Shown one piece after another: positions 61,760-64,000 of a DNA stretch of 64,000 nt. The number at the start of each line of letters is the position of its first letter. The first letter of the stretch is position 1. The notes under the pieces are model-generated. The model searched no databases. It saw only the letters and a program-made list of their open reading frames with translations, and was not told the origin of the DNA. The position numbers and the translations under genes were made by a program. The stretch is from NCBI GenBank assembly GCA_963786805.1, contig CAWBAK010000004.1, positions 455,813 to 519,812 on the forward strand. Direction: 5' to 3'. Source of the stretch: an uncultured Actinomycetes bacterium (GTDB lineage Bacteria; Actinomycetota; UBA4738; HRBIN12).

Positions 61760-62401
61760 CTACGCCTTCGGCTCTCGCACCGACATCCGCAGGGCGAGCG
61801 AGCACCGAACGCCGCGCTTCGGACCGTACACGGCGTGGTACGGGCGACCGTCCCGCGCACCGGCGAGTCCCGGTCCGCGCATGAAGGTCACGCCACCGGC
61901 CCGCGCATCCCACGCCTCGATCGGCTCGCCCTCGCGCGCGGCGCGAACCTCGAACCTCGCGGCGCCCACGAGCGTGAACACGGCGACCAGCCGCCGGTAC
62001 CACCTGCCGTCCATGTGAGCCGTGACACCCACCGAGCCCGGCCGGTAGACGCCGACGCCGGCTTCGTTCGGACGCCACGTGGCGAGACCGTGGACGGCCG
62101 CGCCCTCCGAACGGATGCGCTCGGTCAGCGCTCGGGAGAGCTCGGCGACGAACGGGAACCCCTCGAACGGCGACTCGACGTCGAAGCCATCGATCTCCAT
62201 CCGGACGCCGGCCGCACCGAACGTGCCGGCCATCCGTCGCATCGGTCCCGACTCGATCTCGCGCCAGAGCACCTCGCAGAAGCGCTCGGTCAGGACGCCG
62301 TCGAGATGGGCGAAGCCCTCGCTCGCCGTGCGTTGCAAGGCGTCGGAGAGTTCGACCCGGCGATCGAAGGGGCCGCCCAACCCGGGCGCCTGGCGGCTCA
62401 C
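61760..62401 (-). CDS. AlkB-like Fe(II)/2-oxoglutarate-dependent dioxygenase
   Basis: GTG 62401 (last 213 codons of table ORF 61760..62926). ..YRPGSVGVTAHMDG..LVAVFTLVGAARFEV..GGVTFMRGPG..RPYHAVYGPKRGVRCSLALR mirrors the AlkB H-x-D...H...R-x5-R layout. Confidence 0.55.
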   Translation of the reverse strand: MSRQAPGLGGPFDRRVELSDALQRTASEGFAHLDGVLTERFCEVLWREIESGPMRRMAGTFGAAGVRMEIDGFDVESPFEGFPFVAELSRALTERIRSEGAAVHGLATWRPNEAGVGVYRPGSVGVTAHMDGRWYRRLVAVFTLVGAARFEVRAAREGEPIEAWDARAGGVTFMRGPGLAGARDGRPYHAVYGPKRGVRCSLALRMSVREPKA

Positions 62402-63147
62402 GAGACCCCGGGGAGGTGCTCGCGGAACGCGATGTAGCCGATGCCCGCCGCGACGTCGAGCAGGAGATGCGCGATCACGATCGGCCAGGCGCGGCGCGTC
62501 CGCAGGAACACGAGCCCGAACAGAACGCCCATCGCGAGGTTGCCGAGGAACCCTCCCCATCCCTGATACAGGTGATAGGTCCCCCGCAGGAGCGCGCTCG
62601 CGCCGACCGCCGCGAGCTGGGTCATCCCGAGCTGCCGGAGTCGCGTGACGAGGTACGCGACGACCACGACCTCCTCGAGCAGCGCGGCCTGGATCGCGTT
62701 CACGAACAGGACCGGCACGGTCCACCAGTGGCCGAGCGGCGGCACCGGCACGACGAACCGGTTCACGCCGAGCGCGACGGCGCCGAGATAGACCCCGATC
62801 CCGCCGAGGCCGACGACGACGAACAGGAGGAAGCCCCGAAGCAGATCCTCGCGCGGCCGGTCCCACGCGAGCCCGATCGACGAGAGCCCTTCGCCGTTGC
62901 GGCGCACCAGGTACACGACGAGCCACACGGGGGCGAGCGCGAACAGCGGCCCGAGGAGCTGGCGAGCGAGCTGCGCGCTCTGCGACACCGACGCCACCCG
63001 TACGCCGCGGATGGGCAGCTCGAAGAGGCTGAGGATCGCGAACGCCGCGCTCGCGAGCAACGAGAGCGACAGGACGACCAGGGTCTCCTCGGCGAGCGTC
63101 CGGCGCGGCAGTGGCGGGCTCGGCGTTCCTCGCTCGACACTCCTCAT
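62398..63147 (-). CDS. CPBP family intramembrane glutamic endopeptidase (CAAX protease/Abi)
   Basis: ATG 63147 (last 249 codons of ORF 62398..63906); ..AIQAALLEEVVVVAYLVTRL..GASALLRGTYHLYQ..IAHLLLDVAAG.. are the EExxxR / FxxxH / HxxxN(D) motifs; stop overlaps the next GTG (GTGA). Confidence 0.75.
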   Translation of the reverse strand: MRSVERGTPSPPLPRRTLAEETLVVLSLSLLASAAFAILSLFELPIRGVRVASVSQSAQLARQLLGPLFALAPVWLVVYLVRRNGEGLSSIGLAWDRPREDLLRGFLLFVVVGLGGIGVYLGAVALGVNRFVVPVPPLGHWWTVPVLFVNAIQAALLEEVVVVAYLVTRLRQLGMTQLAAVGASALLRGTYHLYQGWGGFLGNLAMGVLFGLVFLRTRRAWPIVIAHLLLDVAAGIGYIAFREHLPGVS

Positions 63148-63174
63148 GGAAGGAGCGTACGGCGAGTGCGTACG

Positions 63175-64000
63175 ATGCGCGCCGACATGGCCGACTCCCG
63201 GACTCGGACCAAGGATGTCGCCGACGTGGTCGTGGTCGGCGGGGGCACGATCGGTGGCTGGGCGGCGTGGTTCGCGAGACGGAACGGCGCGAAACGCGTC
63301 GTCGTCCTCGAGCGCGATCTCCTCGGTCAGGGGGCGAGCAGCCGGGCTGCCGGGGTGGTCCGGGCGCAGGGCGGCACGCCGGAGACCGTCGCTCTCGGGC
63401 GGTGGTCGATCGACTTCTACCGCCGCCAGCACGAGCTCCTCGGCACGGACTCGGGATTCCGCGAGCTCGGCTACCTGCTCCTGGCGATCACGAGCAAGGA
63501 CGAGCGCGAAGGGCGGGAACGCGTGGCGATGCAGCAGGGCTTGGGCCTGGATGCACGCTGGGTGAGCCCCGACGAGGCGGCAACGCTCAACCCGACCCTC
63601 GTGAACGAGGGGTACCGCGGCGCGTCCTACGTCGCGACGGACGGATGCATCGACCCGCCCCGGAACGTCCGCGCGTACTCGCTCGCGATGCAGCGGGCGC
63701 GGGTGGACGTTCGCGAGCGCACCGCGTTCACCGGCCTGCGGCGCTCGCGCGGCCGCGTGGTCGGCGTCGAGACGGCAAACGGGTCGATCGCCACCGAACG
63801 GGTGATCCTCACGGGCGGCCCGACGCTCCGCGCCGTGGGGAGGATCGCCGGCGCCCGGATCCCCGCGGGCGCCGTCCGGCATCAGGTCGTCATCGGCGAG
63901 CCGCACGACGCGTTCGACGTTGAGCGGCTGCCGATGGTGTTCGACGTCGGCGCGGGACTGTACTGGCGCATCGAGGAGGGCGGGCTCCTCTGGGGGATGA
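63175..64000 (+). CDS. FAD-dependent oxidoreductase (DAO/glycine-oxidase-like), partial; continues beyond window end
   Basis: ATG 63175: MRADMADSRTRTKDVADVVVVGGGTIGGWAAWFARRNGAKRVVVLERDLLGQGASSRAAGVV.. (Rossmann GxGxxG). Open to position 64000; absent from the ORF table because it has no stop. Confidence 0.8.
   Translation, partial: MRADMADSRTRTKDVADVVVVGGGTIGGWAAWFARRNGAKRVVVLERDLLGQGASSRAAGVVRAQGGTPETVALGRWSIDFYRRQHELLGTDSGFRELGYLLLAITSKDEREGRERVAMQQGLGLDARWVSPDEAATLNPTLVNEGYRGASYVATDGCIDPPRNVRAYSLAMQRARVDVRERTAFTGLRRSRGRVVGVETANGSIATERVILTGGPTLRAVGRIAGARIPAGAVRHQVVIGEPHDAFDVERLPMVFDVGAGLYWRIEEGGLLWGM

Noticed and set aside
56188-62018. Plus ORFs 56188..58800 (870 aa) and 59790..62018 (742 aa); minus ORFs 58163..59539 and 59572..61860
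   Set aside because: Alternative-frame or antisense shadows of metG, rsmI, pmt and the CocE/NonD hydrolase. Composition is junk-like (R/G/P/A runs) versus clear homology in the chosen frames.

Overview
This 64-kb window is about 70% GC and looks like a chromosomal segment of a high-GC Gram-positive (Actinobacteria-like) genome. I call about 60 protein-coding genes and 2 tRNAs (Leu-TAA, Gln-TTG). I see no rRNA, CRISPR array or transposase. From 27.9 kb to the end the content is core housekeeping, in an order closely matching the Mycobacterium Rv1002c-Rv1026 region: pmt, rsmI, metG, tatD, a YabE/RpfB-like gene, rsmA, ispE, glmU, prs, rplY, pth, mfd, mazG, eno, an FtsB-like gene and a DUF501-ppx fusion. 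An HNH (REP13E12/DUF222-type) endonuclease gene and an ECF sigma/anti-sigma pair are inserted between prs and rplY. The first 27 kb is accessory. It holds two NarL-type response regulators and a YyaL-like gene. It has two spermidine/putrescine-type ABC importers, neither with an ATPase gene in view. It also has a dense block of signal-peptide-bearing surface or secreted genes (three RTX calcium-binding-repeat proteins, one fused to a TolB-like beta-propeller; an IPT/TIG-repeat protein; a phosphodiester glycosidase; a PLC-like phosphoesterase; an M23 peptidase). Inside that block is a one-polypeptide ECF sigma factor fused to a transmembrane and extracytoplasmic domain. At least a dozen genes show single-nucleotide frameshifts (signal peptide or conserved terminus in a neighbouring frame). 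These are concentrated at 9.2-13.9 kb and 24.2-26.7 kb, while the long housekeeping genes read cleanly. I interpret them as indel errors or local gene decay. Gene boundaries there are approximate. All calls rest on reading the translations by eye; no database search was run.
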